A stretch of 64,000 nt of DNA from an uncultured Candidatus Binatia bacterium. GTDB taxonomy: Bacteria; Desulfobacterota; Binatia; Bin18. Location: the NCBI GenBank assembly GCA_965200965.1, contig OZ241744.1:1472001-1536000 (forward strand). The letters are read 5' to 3'. Shown here piece after piece: positions 38,408 through 48,382 of the stretch. The position numbers and the translations under genes are program-made. How positions within the stretch are numbered: position 1 is the stretch's first letter; every line of letters starts with the position of its first letter. The notes below the pieces were generated by a model. The model saw only the letters and a list, made by a program, of their open reading frames with translations. It was not told where the DNA came from and did not search any database.

Positions 38408-40073
38408 CCTTCTCCGGTTTTCCGAGCAGCGTTGTGGCTAATCCGCCGCCGCCGCTCGGCACGGCCACATACTGCCGCCCGTCAAGCTTGTAGGTGACGG
38501 GCTGTCCGCGCACGCCCGAGCCGGTCTGAAAGCGCCACAGCAACTCGCCAGTCTCGGCGTCAAAGGCCAGGGCATAGCCGGCCTGATTGCCACTGAAGAC
38601 CAGACCGCCGGCCGTGGCCAGCGTTCCGCCGACCAGGGGATAGTCGTCCTTGTACTGCCATTTGATCGCGCCGGTTGAGGGATCGATGGCCGACAGGTGG
38701 CCATAGGACGAACCGTCGTCGCCCTGGGTTGCGCCCGGACCGCCTCCCCAGTAGGGAATCCCCTGGACAAAGACGGCGGCCGCTTTGCGCATCTCCATAC
38801 AGCTCTCAATCACCGGCACATACAGCAGACCCGTCCGCGGGCTGTAGGCCGCGGTCACCGAGCCGTTCTGGCCGCCGGCCGCACCCGGACAGATAAACTC
38901 TTGTGGCTCTGGGGTGGGGACATAGCGGGGGTCAACAATCGGTCGGCCGGTCTCGTCCAGGCCCTTGGCCCAGTTGAGTTGATCGACGTATCTGGTGGCG
39001 TGCAGGTATTGCCCGCTGGCCCGGTCGATCACATACAGATAGCCGTTGCGGTTGGGCTGAACGATCGCCTTGATGGTCTTGCCGCTGCGGACGACATCGA
39101 CGAGCAGCAGGCCGGTATTGCCGTCGTAGTCCCAGATATCGTGGGGGGTGAACTGAAAGTGCCATTTGATCTGACCGGTTTGGGGGTCCAGGGCCAGCAC
39201 TGAGCTGGAATACAGGTTATCGCCCTCCCGCACATCCCCGTTCCAGTCGGGGCCGGGGTTGCCGGCCGCCCAGTACAAGATGTCTTGGTCCGAATCGTAG
39301 GCACCGGTGACCCAGGTCGCCCCGCCGCCGCTCTTCCACGAGTCGCCGGCCCAGGTCTCGTTGCCCGGCTCTCCCTCACCCGGAATCGTGTAGCGCCGCC
39401 AGCGGCGTTCGCCGGTCTTGGCGTCATAGGCGTCCAAAAACCCCCGCACGCCATAGTCGCCGCCGGCAATACCAACGATCACCAGGTCTTTGACCACCAG
39501 CGGCGCGCCAGTGCCGCTATAGCCCCGGTGATATTTTTCAATCTCCACATTCCACACCACCTCGCCCGTCCTGCGGTCCAGGGCAAGCAGGCGAGCGTCC
39601 AAGGTGCCCATGTAGAGGGTGTCAGCGGCAATCGCCACGCCCCGGTTGCCCGGACCGCAGCAAATGCGGGCATCGCTCGGCAGTGGGTGATCGTATCTCC
39701 ACAAGACTTCGCCCGTCCTGGCGTTAAGCGCAGAGACGTGGTTGTAGGCGGCCGAGACGTACATCACCCCGTCGGCGACAATGGGAGCGGCCTGAAACTG
39801 GTACGGAATCCCGGTCTGGAAGACCCAGGCCGGGCTGAGTTTTTTGATGTTCTGCCGGTTAATATCGGTCAGCGGACTAAAGCGGGTGTTGTCATAGTTG
39901 CCGCCATACATCAGCCAGTCACGAGACTCGGCCGTGCCGGTCAGCAGTCGCTCTTGGCTGACCGGTTGCAGTTCAGGGGCGGTGTCGCCAAGTGTGGGGG
40001 CAGCGGCATGAACCGCCAGCGGCAGCAGCAAATGACCAACAAGCAGGATTCGAGACACGCACCGGGATCGCAT
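38361..40073 (-). CDS. PQQ-dependent dehydrogenase, methanol/ethanol family
   Basis: Signal peptide, RFSPLTDIN, vicinal CC (ICCGPGNRG), GNPGP, PHDIWDYDG, Trp-docking repeats, GRQYVAV. Confidence 0.92.
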   Translation of the reverse strand: MRSRCVSRILLVGHLLLPLAVHAAAPTLGDTAPELQPVSQERLLTGTAESRDWLMYGGNYDNTRFSPLTDINRQNIKKLSPAWVFQTGIPYQFQAAPIVADGVMYVSAAYNHVSALNARTGEVLWRYDHPLPSDARICCGPGNRGVAIAADTLYMGTLDARLLALDRRTGEVVWNVEIEKYHRGYSGTGAPLVVKDLVIVGIAGGDYGVRGFLDAYDAKTGERRWRRYTIPGEGEPGNETWAGDSWKSGGGATWVTGAYDSDQDILYWAAGNPGPDWNGDVREGDNLYSSSVLALDPQTGQIKWHFQFTPHDIWDYDGNTGLLLVDVVRSGKTIKAIVQPNRNGYLYVIDRASGQYLHATRYVDQLNWAKGLDETGRPIVDPRYVPTPEPQEFICPGAAGGQNGSVTAAYSPRTGLLYVPVIESCMEMRKAAAVFVQGIPYWGGGPGATQGDDGSSYGHLSAIDPSTGAIKWQYKDDYPLVGGTLATAGGLVFSGNQAGYALAFDAETGELLWRFQTGSGVRGQPVTYKLDGRQYVAVPSGGGGLATTLLGKPEKVNQGSALVVFALPAS

Positions 40074-40222
40074 ACTTCCCCCTATGGTCGGGCAAACAGG
40101 GCTGCCCGTGTTGATTTGGCCGACAGAGCCACAGAGTTGACCGGCAGCCTACTGGCTTTTCCGAGCACGATCAAGGCAAAAGTGCCCTGACAGGCGGTTT
40201 GCCGCCCACCCGGAACCTGTGC

Positions 40223-40571
40223 TTACTCCCAGCTTTTCCACACCTGCGGACAATAGCCTACTGTGGCCTGTTTGCCGTTACGCACGACCGGGGTGTTGCA
40301 CAGCAGGGGATCTTTGAGCAGCGCGGCCTCAATCCGCCCGGAATCAAGCGAGGCGTGGGCCAAACCCCGGTCAACAAAGCGCTGGCAGGAACGGTTGAGG
40401 AGTTGGTCAAGCGGGACGCTGGCCGCTGGCCGCCACCGAGCGCAACTCGCCTTTTGACAGGCCCGTGTCGGCGAGGTTGACGAACTGAAAACGAATCCGG
40501 CGCTCTTTGAAAAAACGCTGGGCTTTGCGTGTCTCGGTACATTTTTTGAGACCAAAAATCTGGATATTCAT
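40223..40571 (-). pseudogene. ArsC/Spx family protein disrupted by a 7-bp tandem duplication
   Basis: MNIQIFGLKKCTETRKAQRFFKERRI...SKGELRSV joins AASVPLDQL...PLLCNTPVVRNGKQATVGY when one GCTGGCC copy (40418-40431) is removed, giving 113 aa. Confidence 0.85.
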
Positions 40572-40770
40572 CGGCTCACCGTCCTGGTGGGTGATAGCAA
40601 CAGTATATCAAAAATGCCGGGCCAACATACGCCCCTGTGCTGACCGTTTGCGGCTTGACTTTCCGGTCGAAATGGATAATGTTCCGGTCAGCCTGATTCT
40701 TGCCTGTGGACAAGCCTGTCTGCATAGGCTAGATATGGCATACAGTCAGCCCAGGAAGGAGGTCTCAACC

Positions 40771-40848
40771 GTGGAATGGACGATGCCCGATTTTGAAGAA
40801 GTGCGGATGGACGCCGAAGTCAGCATGTACATTTTGATCTCGGAGTAG
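40771..40848 (+). CDS. pqqA: PQQ precursor peptide
   Basis: GTG start after aaggagg: MEWTMPDFEEVRMDAEVSMYILISE with ExxxY; directly upstream of pqqB. Confidence 0.92.
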   Translation: MEWTMPDFEEVRMDAEVSMYILISE

Positions 40849-40868
40849 TTCCGAGCAGTCCGCCTTGC

Positions 40869-40910
40869 TGCAAACGGGCTTCTCTGTAGCCGGGGAAGCC
40901 CGTTTTTGCA
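40869..40910 (+). terminator. hairpin/attenuator between pqqA and pqqB
   Basis: AAACGGGCTTC...GAAGCCCGTTT inverted repeat with T run. Confidence 0.7.
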
Positions 40911-40927
40911 TCTATGAGGAAGAGCGT

Positions 40928-41848
40928 GTGCGGGTCCATGTCCTAGGCTCCGGGGCCGGAGGCGGCTTTCCCCAATGGAATTGCAACTGCCCAAACTGCC
41001 GCAATTTCCGGGCCGGCACAGTCAGGGCCCGAGCCAGAACCCAAGCCTCGATTGCCGTCAGCGCCGACGGCCAGGGCTGGTATCTCATCAATGCCGGTCC
41101 CGATATCCGTCAGCAGATTCAGACCTTCCCCGCCCTTGAGCCGGACCGCAGCCCGCGTCATACGCCCATCTCTGCCATCCTGTTGACCAACGCCGAAATT
41201 GACCACGTCGCTGGTCTGTTATCGCTCAGGGAGTCACAGCCCCTCAGCCTGTACGCCAGCCACCAAGTCCAGGGCTGGCTGCTGGAGACGAACGCCATGT
41301 TTCGGACGGTGTGTGCCCCCCCGCGCTGCAGGTGGCACAGCCTCGAGTATGGCGCTGCCTACGACCTTATCGGGGTTGAGGGCAAACCGAGCGGGCTGAG
41401 CTATGAGGCCTTTGTCGTTTCCGGCCGAGCGCCGGCCTACCTGTTGGGCCGCGTGTCGGACTGGAGCGAGGCGTCGGTCGGCTACAAAATTATCGACCGC
41501 CACAGCGGTCGCTCGCTGGTCTATGTGCCGGGTATCAAGGCCCTCAACGACCGCGTGCTGGCCTACCTCCGGAACTGTGATACCTTCTTTTTAGACGGCA
41601 CATGTTGGACCGACGACGAAATGATCAGCGTCGGCCTAGCCCAAAAGACATCGCTGTCAATGGGCCACATCCCGATGACAGGACCGGACGGCAGCCTCGA
41701 ACAGCTGGCCAACTCAGGCAAGGTGCGCAAGGTCTACACCCATCTGAATAATACCAACCCTGTCCTCATCGAGGACTCAGCCGAGCGGCGGACGGTTGAA
41801 GCGGCCGGCTGGGAAGTGGCCTTTGATGGCATGGACTTTGAGGTGTAA
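40928..41848 (+). CDS. pqqB: PqqB
   Basis: VLGSGAGGGFPQWNCNCPNC, ARTQASIA, DGTCWTDDEM, HLNNTNP, AFDGM. Confidence 0.96.
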   Translation: MRVHVLGSGAGGGFPQWNCNCPNCRNFRAGTVRARARTQASIAVSADGQGWYLINAGPDIRQQIQTFPALEPDRSPRHTPISAILLTNAEIDHVAGLLSLRESQPLSLYASHQVQGWLLETNAMFRTVCAPPRCRWHSLEYGAAYDLIGVEGKPSGLSYEAFVVSGRAPAYLLGRVSDWSEASVGYKIIDRHSGRSLVYVPGIKALNDRVLAYLRNCDTFFLDGTCWTDDEMISVGLAQKTSLSMGHIPMTGPDGSLEQLANSGKVRKVYTHLNNTNPVLIEDSAERRTVEAAGWEVAFDGMDFEV

Positions 41849-41851
41849 GCC

Positions 41852-42589
41852 GTGAGCGCAACGCAAGCACAACGGTGGAGCCGGGAGGCATTCATTGAGC
41901 GCTTACGCGCGGTGGGCGAGGCCGGCTACCACGATAAGCATCCGTTCCATGTCCTGATGCACGAGGGCAAGCTGACCAAGCGGCAACTCCAGGCCTGGAT
42001 TGAGAACCGTTTTTACTATCAGACGATCATTCCCAAAAAAGATGCGGCCATTATGGCCCGCATTGAGGACCCGGTGGTGCGGCGGGCCTGGATTCAGCGC
42101 ATCCTTGACCATGACGGCACGACCGACAATCCCGACGGTGGGATTCATAAATGGCTGGTCCTGGGCGAAGCGGCAGGGCTGAGGCGGCAAGACATGATCG
42201 CCCTGCGCTATGTGCTGCCCGGTGTGCGCTTTGCGGTCAATGCCTATCTGAGCTATGTCAAAGACCATTCCCTGATGGAGGCCGTCGCCTCGTCGCTGAC
42301 CGAACTGTTCGCCCCAAGGCTGATGGCCAGACGGCTGCCGGCCTTTGAGCAGCACTATCCGTGGGTCAAACAGCAGGGCTTGGAGTATTTTCGAGCCCGC
42401 CTGAGCCAGGCACCGCGCGATGTTGAATTTGGCCTTGCGTATGTGATTCAAGAGTGCAAAACGCGCGAGCAACAAGAGCAGGCCATCGTCGCCCTCAAAA
42501 CCAAGTGTCACATTCTGTGGTGCCTGCTTGACGCCGTTCATTTTGCGTATGTCTCCCCCGGCTTGCTGCCGCCGCTGTGGGGGGAATAG
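41852..42589 (+). CDS. pqqC: PQQ synthase PqqC
   Basis: [45 protein letters not shown]. Confidence 0.96.
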   Translation: MSATQAQRWSREAFIERLRAVGEAGYHDKHPFHVLMHEGKLTKRQLQAWIENRFYYQTIIPKKDAAIMARIEDPVVRRAWIQRILDHDGTTDNPDGGIHKWLVLGEAAGLRRQDMIALRYVLPGVRFAVNAYLSYVKDHSLMEAVASSLTELFAPRLMARRLPAFEQHYPWVKQQGLEYFRARLSQAPRDVEFGLAYVIQECKTREQQEQAIVALKTKCHILWCLLDAVHFAYVSPGLLPPLWGE

Positions 42590-42599
42590 AGGCGCGTCT

Positions 42600-42881
42600 A
42601 TGGCTGACCCGCAAGAAACCTGGCGTCCCCGGCTGGCCACAAAAGCCCGTCTGCGGTGGGATACGATCGAGCAGCAACACATGTTGATGTTTCCCGAAGC
42701 GGCCCTCAAGCTGAACGCCACCGCGGCCGAGGTGCTCAAGCTGTGTGACGGCCAACGGACCGTAGCCCAGATCGTTGACGCCCTGCTGAGGAAGTTCTCC
42801 ACCGCCGACCGCCAGGTGGTTGAAGGCAACGTCAGGCAGCTGTTGACCCGCATCCGCCGCCGCGGGCTCCTGGAGAACTAG
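42600..42881 (+). CDS. pqqD: PqqD peptide chaperone
   Basis: LMFPEAALKLNATAAEVLKLCDGQRTV; lies between pqqC and pqqE. Confidence 0.92.
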   Translation: MADPQETWRPRLATKARLRWDTIEQQHMLMFPEAALKLNATAAEVLKLCDGQRTVAQIVDALLRKFSTADRQVVEGNVRQLLTRIRRRGLLEN

Positions 42882-43985
42882 ATGCCCGTCCCGCGTCCCT
42901 ACACCCTGGTTGCCGAACTGACCTACCGTTGTCCGCTCAGGTGTCTGTACTGTTCCAACCCGCTTGAATTCCATGTCATGCAAGACGAACTCAGCACCGA
43001 GCAGTGGTGCCAGACATTCACGCACGCGGCCGTCCTCGGCGTTGTCCAAGTCCATCTGTCGGGCGGCGAGCCGCTGGTCCGTAACGATATTGCGGCCTTG
43101 ATTCGGCACGCTCGGAAGTGTGAGCTGTACACCAACCTGATCACCGGCGGGACGCTGCTGAACGAGGCCAGGCTGAGAGAGTTTCGTGACTGCGGTCTGG
43201 ATCATATTCAACTCAGCCTCCAGGACACCCGGCGCGGGCCGGCCGAGTTGGTGGCCGGCCTCAGGTCGTATGACAAGAAACTCGAGGTGGCCCGGTTGAT
43301 TACACGGCTCGGCTACCCGCTGACGATTAACGTGGTCCTGCACAGGCTGAATATCGAACGCGTACCCGAGCTGATCCGTCAAGCGGCCGAGCTGGGTGCC
43401 CAGCGGCTCGAGTTGGCCAATACCCAGTACTACGCCTGGGCGTTTGAAAACCGTCGTGCCCTGCTGCCGTCCCGCGACACATATGAGCGCGCCGAGGCCA
43501 TCGCGCGGCAGGCACGGAAACAGTATGAAGGCGCACTGGAGATTGCCTTTGTCAAAATTGACTACTATGAAGACGCGCCCAAGGCCTGCTCAGGCGGCTG
43601 GGCCCGCAGCTCTATGTGCATCACGCCGACCGGCGAAGTTCTGCCCTGCCACGCCGCGCACGCGATTGAGCGGCTGCGGTTTGAGAGCGTCAAAAACCGG
43701 CCGCTGACCGAAATCTGGCCCGACTCGCCGGGGCTGAACGCCTTTCGCGGCTTCGACTGGATGCAGGAGCCATGTCGCAGTTGTCCGCGGCAAGAGCAGG
43801 ATTTTGGCGGGTGTCGGTGTCAGGCTTTTCTGCTGACCGGCGACGCCGCGGCAACCGACCCGGTGTGCAAACTCTCCCCGCGGCATGAGGTCGTGGTGCA
43901 GGCCGCGGCCGAGCCGGTGGAGGACCAGCCACAGCTGGTCTACCGCGATATGAAAAACAGCCAGCGTTTGTCGGCTCGCCCATGA
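42882..43985 (+). CDS. pqqE: PqqE radical SAM peptide cyclase
   Basis: AELTYRCPLRCLYCSNP, ELANTQYY, CRSC...DFGGCRCQAF. Confidence 0.96.
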   Translation: MPVPRPYTLVAELTYRCPLRCLYCSNPLEFHVMQDELSTEQWCQTFTHAAVLGVVQVHLSGGEPLVRNDIAALIRHARKCELYTNLITGGTLLNEARLREFRDCGLDHIQLSLQDTRRGPAELVAGLRSYDKKLEVARLITRLGYPLTINVVLHRLNIERVPELIRQAAELGAQRLELANTQYYAWAFENRRALLPSRDTYERAEAIARQARKQYEGALEIAFVKIDYYEDAPKACSGGWARSSMCITPTGEVLPCHAAHAIERLRFESVKNRPLTEIWPDSPGLNAFRGFDWMQEPCRSCPRQEQDFGGCRCQAFLLTGDAAATDPVCKLSPRHEVVVQAAAEPVEDQPQLVYRDMKNSQRLSARP

Positions 43986-44051
43986 GTGACACCACCACCT
44001 GGCAGTCGTCCGCTTCACCAGGCAAGCCCGGCGGTCCAAAGGAGGAACAAA

Positions 44052-44603
44052 GTGGGCGATGACCGCCCGACCAGGAAGAGATCATCACCCACTTTGCACG
44101 GCGTGGACTCCGCTGTTCTTATCATGGGCGGGCTGACCCTGGCCCTGGTCGGCTGGGCATTTGTCAAAGGCCCGGACCTGCCGCTCAAGGGCGTTCAGGC
44201 CAGTCTGGAGTTGTTCCGGGGCGTCTGGCTGCCGCTGCTGCTCGGATTTTGTTTAGCCGGATTTTTCAACGTCCTGGTTCCCCGCGAACTGCTCGTCAAG
44301 TGGATGGGCGAGCAGGCCGGGCTTCGCGGCATCCTGATTGCCTGGCTGATCGGTCTGCTCATGCCGGGCGGTCCCTATGTCGTGTTTCCCATCGCTGCCG
44401 CCCTCCTCAAGCAGGGCGTCGCCGTCGGCCCCCTGCTAGCCTTTATTACGGCCAAGGCCCTGCTCTCGCCAACCCGACTGTTGAGCTGGGAAGTGCCCTT
44501 CCTGGGCTGGCCGTTTGTAGCCGCCCGGGCGATTCCGAGCCTGCTTTTTCCCCCGATCATCGGCCTGATTGGTCAGCGCCTGTTTCAGCTGTTTTCCAAA
44601 TAA
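44052..44603 (+). CDS. predicted permease (DUF318/ArsP-like, half-size; start uncertain)
   Basis: Hydrophobic; WMGEQAGLRGILIA, PGGPYVVFPIAAALLKQG. Confidence 0.7.
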   Translation: MGDDRPTRKRSSPTLHGVDSAVLIMGGLTLALVGWAFVKGPDLPLKGVQASLELFRGVWLPLLLGFCLAGFFNVLVPRELLVKWMGEQAGLRGILIAWLIGLLMPGGPYVVFPIAAALLKQGVAVGPLLAFITAKALLSPTRLLSWEVPFLGWPFVAARAIPSLLFPPIIGLIGQRLFQLFSK

Positions 44604-44608
44604 GCACC

Positions 44609-45943
44609 TCAACTGCCCATGTGGGTCTGGAGAGCCAAGAGGCCGCTCCCGGCCTGGACGGCGACCAGCTTCTTGAGCGGCACTACCACCATATCGCTCT
44701 CAGCCTCAATCTGGCCTATCCGCTCTTCGACTTGGGCCCGGATTTCATCCGCCCGCGCCCGCTCACCGGCGTCTGTGGCCAGCCGGTAGACCTGGCCCAG
44801 ATACAGAGCGGGATGCAGAGTGCGGCACACCAGCGCGTCAAACGCCTGGGCTGTGGTGGCCTCTTCGGCATAGGCCGGCTCTTGGATCTGTTTGTGCTGG
44901 GCGGCCAGTCGTTTCGGCGTCCGTCGAACATAATCGGCCACCGAGCGAAACAGCCGATTGGCGGGGACCTTGCCCTGTAAGGCTGAGAAATGGGCCTCAA
45001 TCAGCCCGAGGGTCTCTTGCGTGCGCCGCATACCCTCGGCCAGCGCGTCGCGCCGTGACCGCCCATTCGGAGAGCTGTCGGCCAGGGCCGGGTCGGTGAA
45101 GTACGGCAGCTCACACACCAGGGTCAGGGCGTCGGGCACCCGCTCTTGCAGGTAGTCGGCCGAGCTGGTCCCGGTCAGAAGAGACTCAGCCGGGTCTCCC
45201 CCAAGGGTTTTGAGCAGATAGTCGTAGCTGTCCCGAACGCTGAAAAACGGATACACCGCCGGGGCCCAGGGCCGGATATAGGGCACTTCAGGCTCACCCT
45301 GATGGAGTTCCAGACCCTGGGCTGCTACCAGCCGGCGAAACTGCCCAAACAGGGCCGGCAGACACCGCGAGGCGTAAAAATAGACGCCGCAGAAACTGGC
45401 GTTATGCAGGGAGTAACAAAAGCGGGGACGATAGTCCTCCATCAGCCGCATCAGGACCTGGGTCTCGGCCGACGGGGTAGAAAAGTGCAAGGTCTTATAG
45501 TCAACAGGAAAGCCCCACTCGACCTGTTCAGCCTGGGTCGGCCGGTAATAGTGCAGCGCATAGCGAAGCGGAGAGAACCCGCTTTTGAGCCAACCGGCGT
45601 TGAGCGCCAACCCATCGGGGTCAACGACTTTGACGATCAGAAAGGTCGTATCAAGCTCCCGGCGTATATCGCGGCGCTCGCACAGCAGCCGGCTCAAAAA
45701 GTCAAGGCTGAGCGTTCCGACCGGCTCGTTGGGGTGGGGCACGCCGAACAGCAGCGCCGTCTGCGAGCCGTGGCCGATGCTCAGCAGTTCAATCGGTCGT
45801 CCGTCCGTTGATGTCCCAACCTGCCGCAGGCGGGCCAAGTCTGGAAATTCTTCAACGAGCCGGACCGAGTTGTGGTGCAACTCGTCGGGCAACAGAAACT
45901 CCTGGTAGTCGGGAATGGTATGCAAAATATCGCTGAGGTCCAT
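44609..45943 (-). CDS. M14 family zinc carboxypeptidase-like protein
   Basis: GTSTDGRPI, HPNEP (HxxE), DPDG, YSLHN. Confidence 0.8.
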   Translation of the reverse strand: MDLSDILHTIPDYQEFLLPDELHHNSVRLVEEFPDLARLRQVGTSTDGRPIELLSIGHGSQTALLFGVPHPNEPVGTLSLDFLSRLLCERRDIRRELDTTFLIVKVVDPDGLALNAGWLKSGFSPLRYALHYYRPTQAEQVEWGFPVDYKTLHFSTPSAETQVLMRLMEDYRPRFCYSLHNASFCGVYFYASRCLPALFGQFRRLVAAQGLELHQGEPEVPYIRPWAPAVYPFFSVRDSYDYLLKTLGGDPAESLLTGTSSADYLQERVPDALTLVCELPYFTDPALADSSPNGRSRRDALAEGMRRTQETLGLIEAHFSALQGKVPANRLFRSVADYVRRTPKRLAAQHKQIQEPAYAEEATTAQAFDALVCRTLHPALYLGQVYRLATDAGERARADEIRAQVEERIGQIEAESDMVVVPLKKLVAVQAGSGLLALQTHMGS

Positions 45944-46062
45944 AGCTCTCTACCCATGCCCCAAGCCGTCCGACGGGTCAATGCGTGGCCTGTCCCTGCT
46001 TGACACGCCAGAGGGAGTCGTGTTTGTCTTCAGCCCTCAGAGCAGGAAAGCTCCCCGCATCC

Positions 46063-47343
46063 ATGAGCACGCCCCAATCCCCGCCGGCCCAAGCCGATAC
46101 CAGCCTCGTTCGTTTTCTGAAAACCCTCGGGCCGGGACTGTTGTTCGCCAGTACCGCAATTGGCGTCTCCCACCTCGTGCAGTCCACGCGGGCCGGGGCC
46201 AGCTACGGCTACGCCCTGCTGTGGGCCATCGTCGCGGCCAATCTACTCAAGTATTCGGCCTTTGAATCTGCCCCACGCTATACCAACGCCACCGGCGAGA
46301 GCCTGATAGACGGCTATCTGCGCCTCGGCAAATGGATGCTGTATGTGTATCTGCTGATTACCATTGCGCCGCTGTTTATCATCAACGCGGCGATCGGCTT
46401 CACCACCGCCGGACTGCTGAATAATCTGTTGGGTCTGGACATCTCCGCGGCGACAACCGCCCTGTTTCTGCTGGCCGTGTGTGTCGGGGTACTCTCGGTC
46501 GGAGACTACAGTCTGCTCGACAATCTCATCAAGATGGTCTGTGTCGTCCTGTTTGTGTCCACGCTTGTCGCCTTCATCCTGACCGTGACGCGCGGCCCGG
46601 TCACATCGGTTCCATTCTATTCGTCCGAAATCTGGACCGCTTCGGGTTTCGCGTTTTTGATCGCCCTGATGGGCTGGATGCCGGCCCCGGTCGATCTGTC
46701 GGCCTGGAACAGCCTGTGGACCCTGGAGCGCATCAAGCAGACCGGGTATCGGCCGGCTATGCGCGAAACCCTGCTTGACTTTAAGATCGGCTATGCCATG
46801 ACCGCCTTTCTGGCGGTGTGTTTCATGACCCTGGGCGCGTTCATCATGTACGGCTCGGGGCAGTCCTTCTCCCACCAGAGCGGCGTCCAATTCACCAACC
46901 AGGTCGTGCGGCTGTACACCGCCACGCTGGGCGACTGGAGTTATGCGATTATTGCCGCATCCGCCTTTTCGGTCATGTTCAGCACCACCCTGGTCGTGCT
47001 TGACGGCTATGCGCGGGCGATGGAGCGGACGTGTGTGCTGTTGTTTTTGAGCGGCCACAGGAGCCGGCGGATGTATACCCTGTGGGTGGTGGTCAGTGCG
47101 CTTGGGGCCTATTGGATGATCGTCCAGTTCGTGACCAGCTTTACCACCCTCGTTGACTTGGCCACGATTATATCGTTTCTGGTTGCCCCGATTCTGGCCG
47201 CCGCCAACTACAAGCTGGTGGTTGGCGCATATATGCCCCCGGACGCCCGACCGCCGGACTGGTTGCGGCGGCTGGGCGTTCTTGGGATCGTCTTTCTGAG
47301 CGTTTTCAGCCTACTCTATGCCGCCATGCGGCTGCTGGCCTGA
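46063..47343 (+). CDS. NRAMP-like divalent cation / APC-fold transporter
   Basis: LGPGLLFASTAIGVSHLVQSTRAGA, ALMGWMPAP, MFSTT..LDGY; many TM segments. Confidence 0.8.
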   Translation: MSTPQSPPAQADTSLVRFLKTLGPGLLFASTAIGVSHLVQSTRAGASYGYALLWAIVAANLLKYSAFESAPRYTNATGESLIDGYLRLGKWMLYVYLLITIAPLFIINAAIGFTTAGLLNNLLGLDISAATTALFLLAVCVGVLSVGDYSLLDNLIKMVCVVLFVSTLVAFILTVTRGPVTSVPFYSSEIWTASGFAFLIALMGWMPAPVDLSAWNSLWTLERIKQTGYRPAMRETLLDFKIGYAMTAFLAVCFMTLGAFIMYGSGQSFSHQSGVQFTNQVVRLYTATLGDWSYAIIAASAFSVMFSTTLVVLDGYARAMERTCVLLFLSGHRSRRMYTLWVVVSALGAYWMIVQFVTSFTTLVDLATIISFLVAPILAAANYKLVVGAYMPPDARPPDWLRRLGVLGIVFLSVFSLLYAAMRLLA

Positions 47344-47454
47344 ACGAACCCTATCGGAGAGAGTCCAGGAATCGTCAGCTCTGTACCGGGTTGACTTTTG
47401 ATTTTTCCCCCTTCTTATCGTATGTATCACTCTACAAGGCAAGAAGGGAAGCAC

Positions 47455-48336
47455 ATGTCGGCAGGAGAACGAACTCAACACATTCTTGACGAGGCGGAGG
47501 CCGCGAGTTGGATTGAGGACGGCATGGCGGTCGCGGTCGGCGAGCCGGCCCCAATGGCCCTGCTGCGGCATATCATCCGGCGCAAGGTGTCACACCTGAC
47601 GGTCGTGGCCAGCGGTCTAGCTCTGGACCTGCTGATTGCCGCCGGGTGTGTGGCCAAAGCCATCAGCTACTACGCCGGCGGCGGCTTTGGGGTCGCAGTC
47701 GCGCCCTCGTTTCGGCGCGCGGTTGAGCGCGGCCAGGTCGAAACCTGGGAGTGTGAAGAGGGCATCCTGACGGCCGGGCTGCGGGCCGCGGCTCAGGCTC
47801 TGCCGTTTCTGCCCTGGCGCGGCGGGGTCGGTACCTCGCTGCCTGAGGTCAACCCCGACCTCAAGGTCATTACCGACCCGATCCAGGGTGAAACTTTACT
47901 CGCCGTGCCGGCGATCAAACCCGATGTCACCCTCCTCCACGCCGCCACCTCAGACCCCTACGGGAATGTCCAGCACTTCGGCGGGCCGGGCTGGCTTGAC
48001 CTGTTTCTGTACCGGGCGGCCGAGCGGACGATTGTACAGGTCGAAAAAATCATCGCCAACGAGGATGTCCGCAGCAATCCGTGGGCGACGACTATTGCCG
48101 CCGCGGACGGTGTGGTGCGTATGCCCTACGGCGCGCATCCGTTCTATAGTCGAGGCTATTACATTACCGACAGCGCGTTCTTAAAAACCTATGTGCGGGC
48201 CGCCACCACCGCCACCCAAGATGACCCGGCAGCCCTTCAGCACTTTCTGAGCTACTACTGCCGAGAACCCGGGACGCACGGCGATTATCTGGAACGCATC
48301 GGGATTAAGCGCCTGCTCTCGCTGTATGAATACTGA
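47455..48336 (+). CDS. family I CoA-transferase subunit A (glutaconate CoA-transferase-like)
   Basis: GLRAAAQALPFLP, VPAIKPDVTLLHA..SDPYGN, PYGAHP. Confidence 0.85.
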   Translation: MSAGERTQHILDEAEAASWIEDGMAVAVGEPAPMALLRHIIRRKVSHLTVVASGLALDLLIAAGCVAKAISYYAGGGFGVAVAPSFRRAVERGQVETWECEEGILTAGLRAAAQALPFLPWRGGVGTSLPEVNPDLKVITDPIQGETLLAVPAIKPDVTLLHAATSDPYGNVQHFGGPGWLDLFLYRAAERTIVQVEKIIANEDVRSNPWATTIAAADGVVRMPYGAHPFYSRGYYITDSAFLKTYVRAATTATQDDPAALQHFLSYYCREPGTHGDYLERIGIKRLLSLYEY

Positions 48337-48382
48337 GAGCGTGAAACGTCACCTCCGACAAAAGAGGAGCTGGTGTCTTCCT

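Noticed and set aside
40507-40770. 113-aa ORF 40507..40848
   Set aside because: Only the last 25 codons (pqqA, with its own RBS) are credible.
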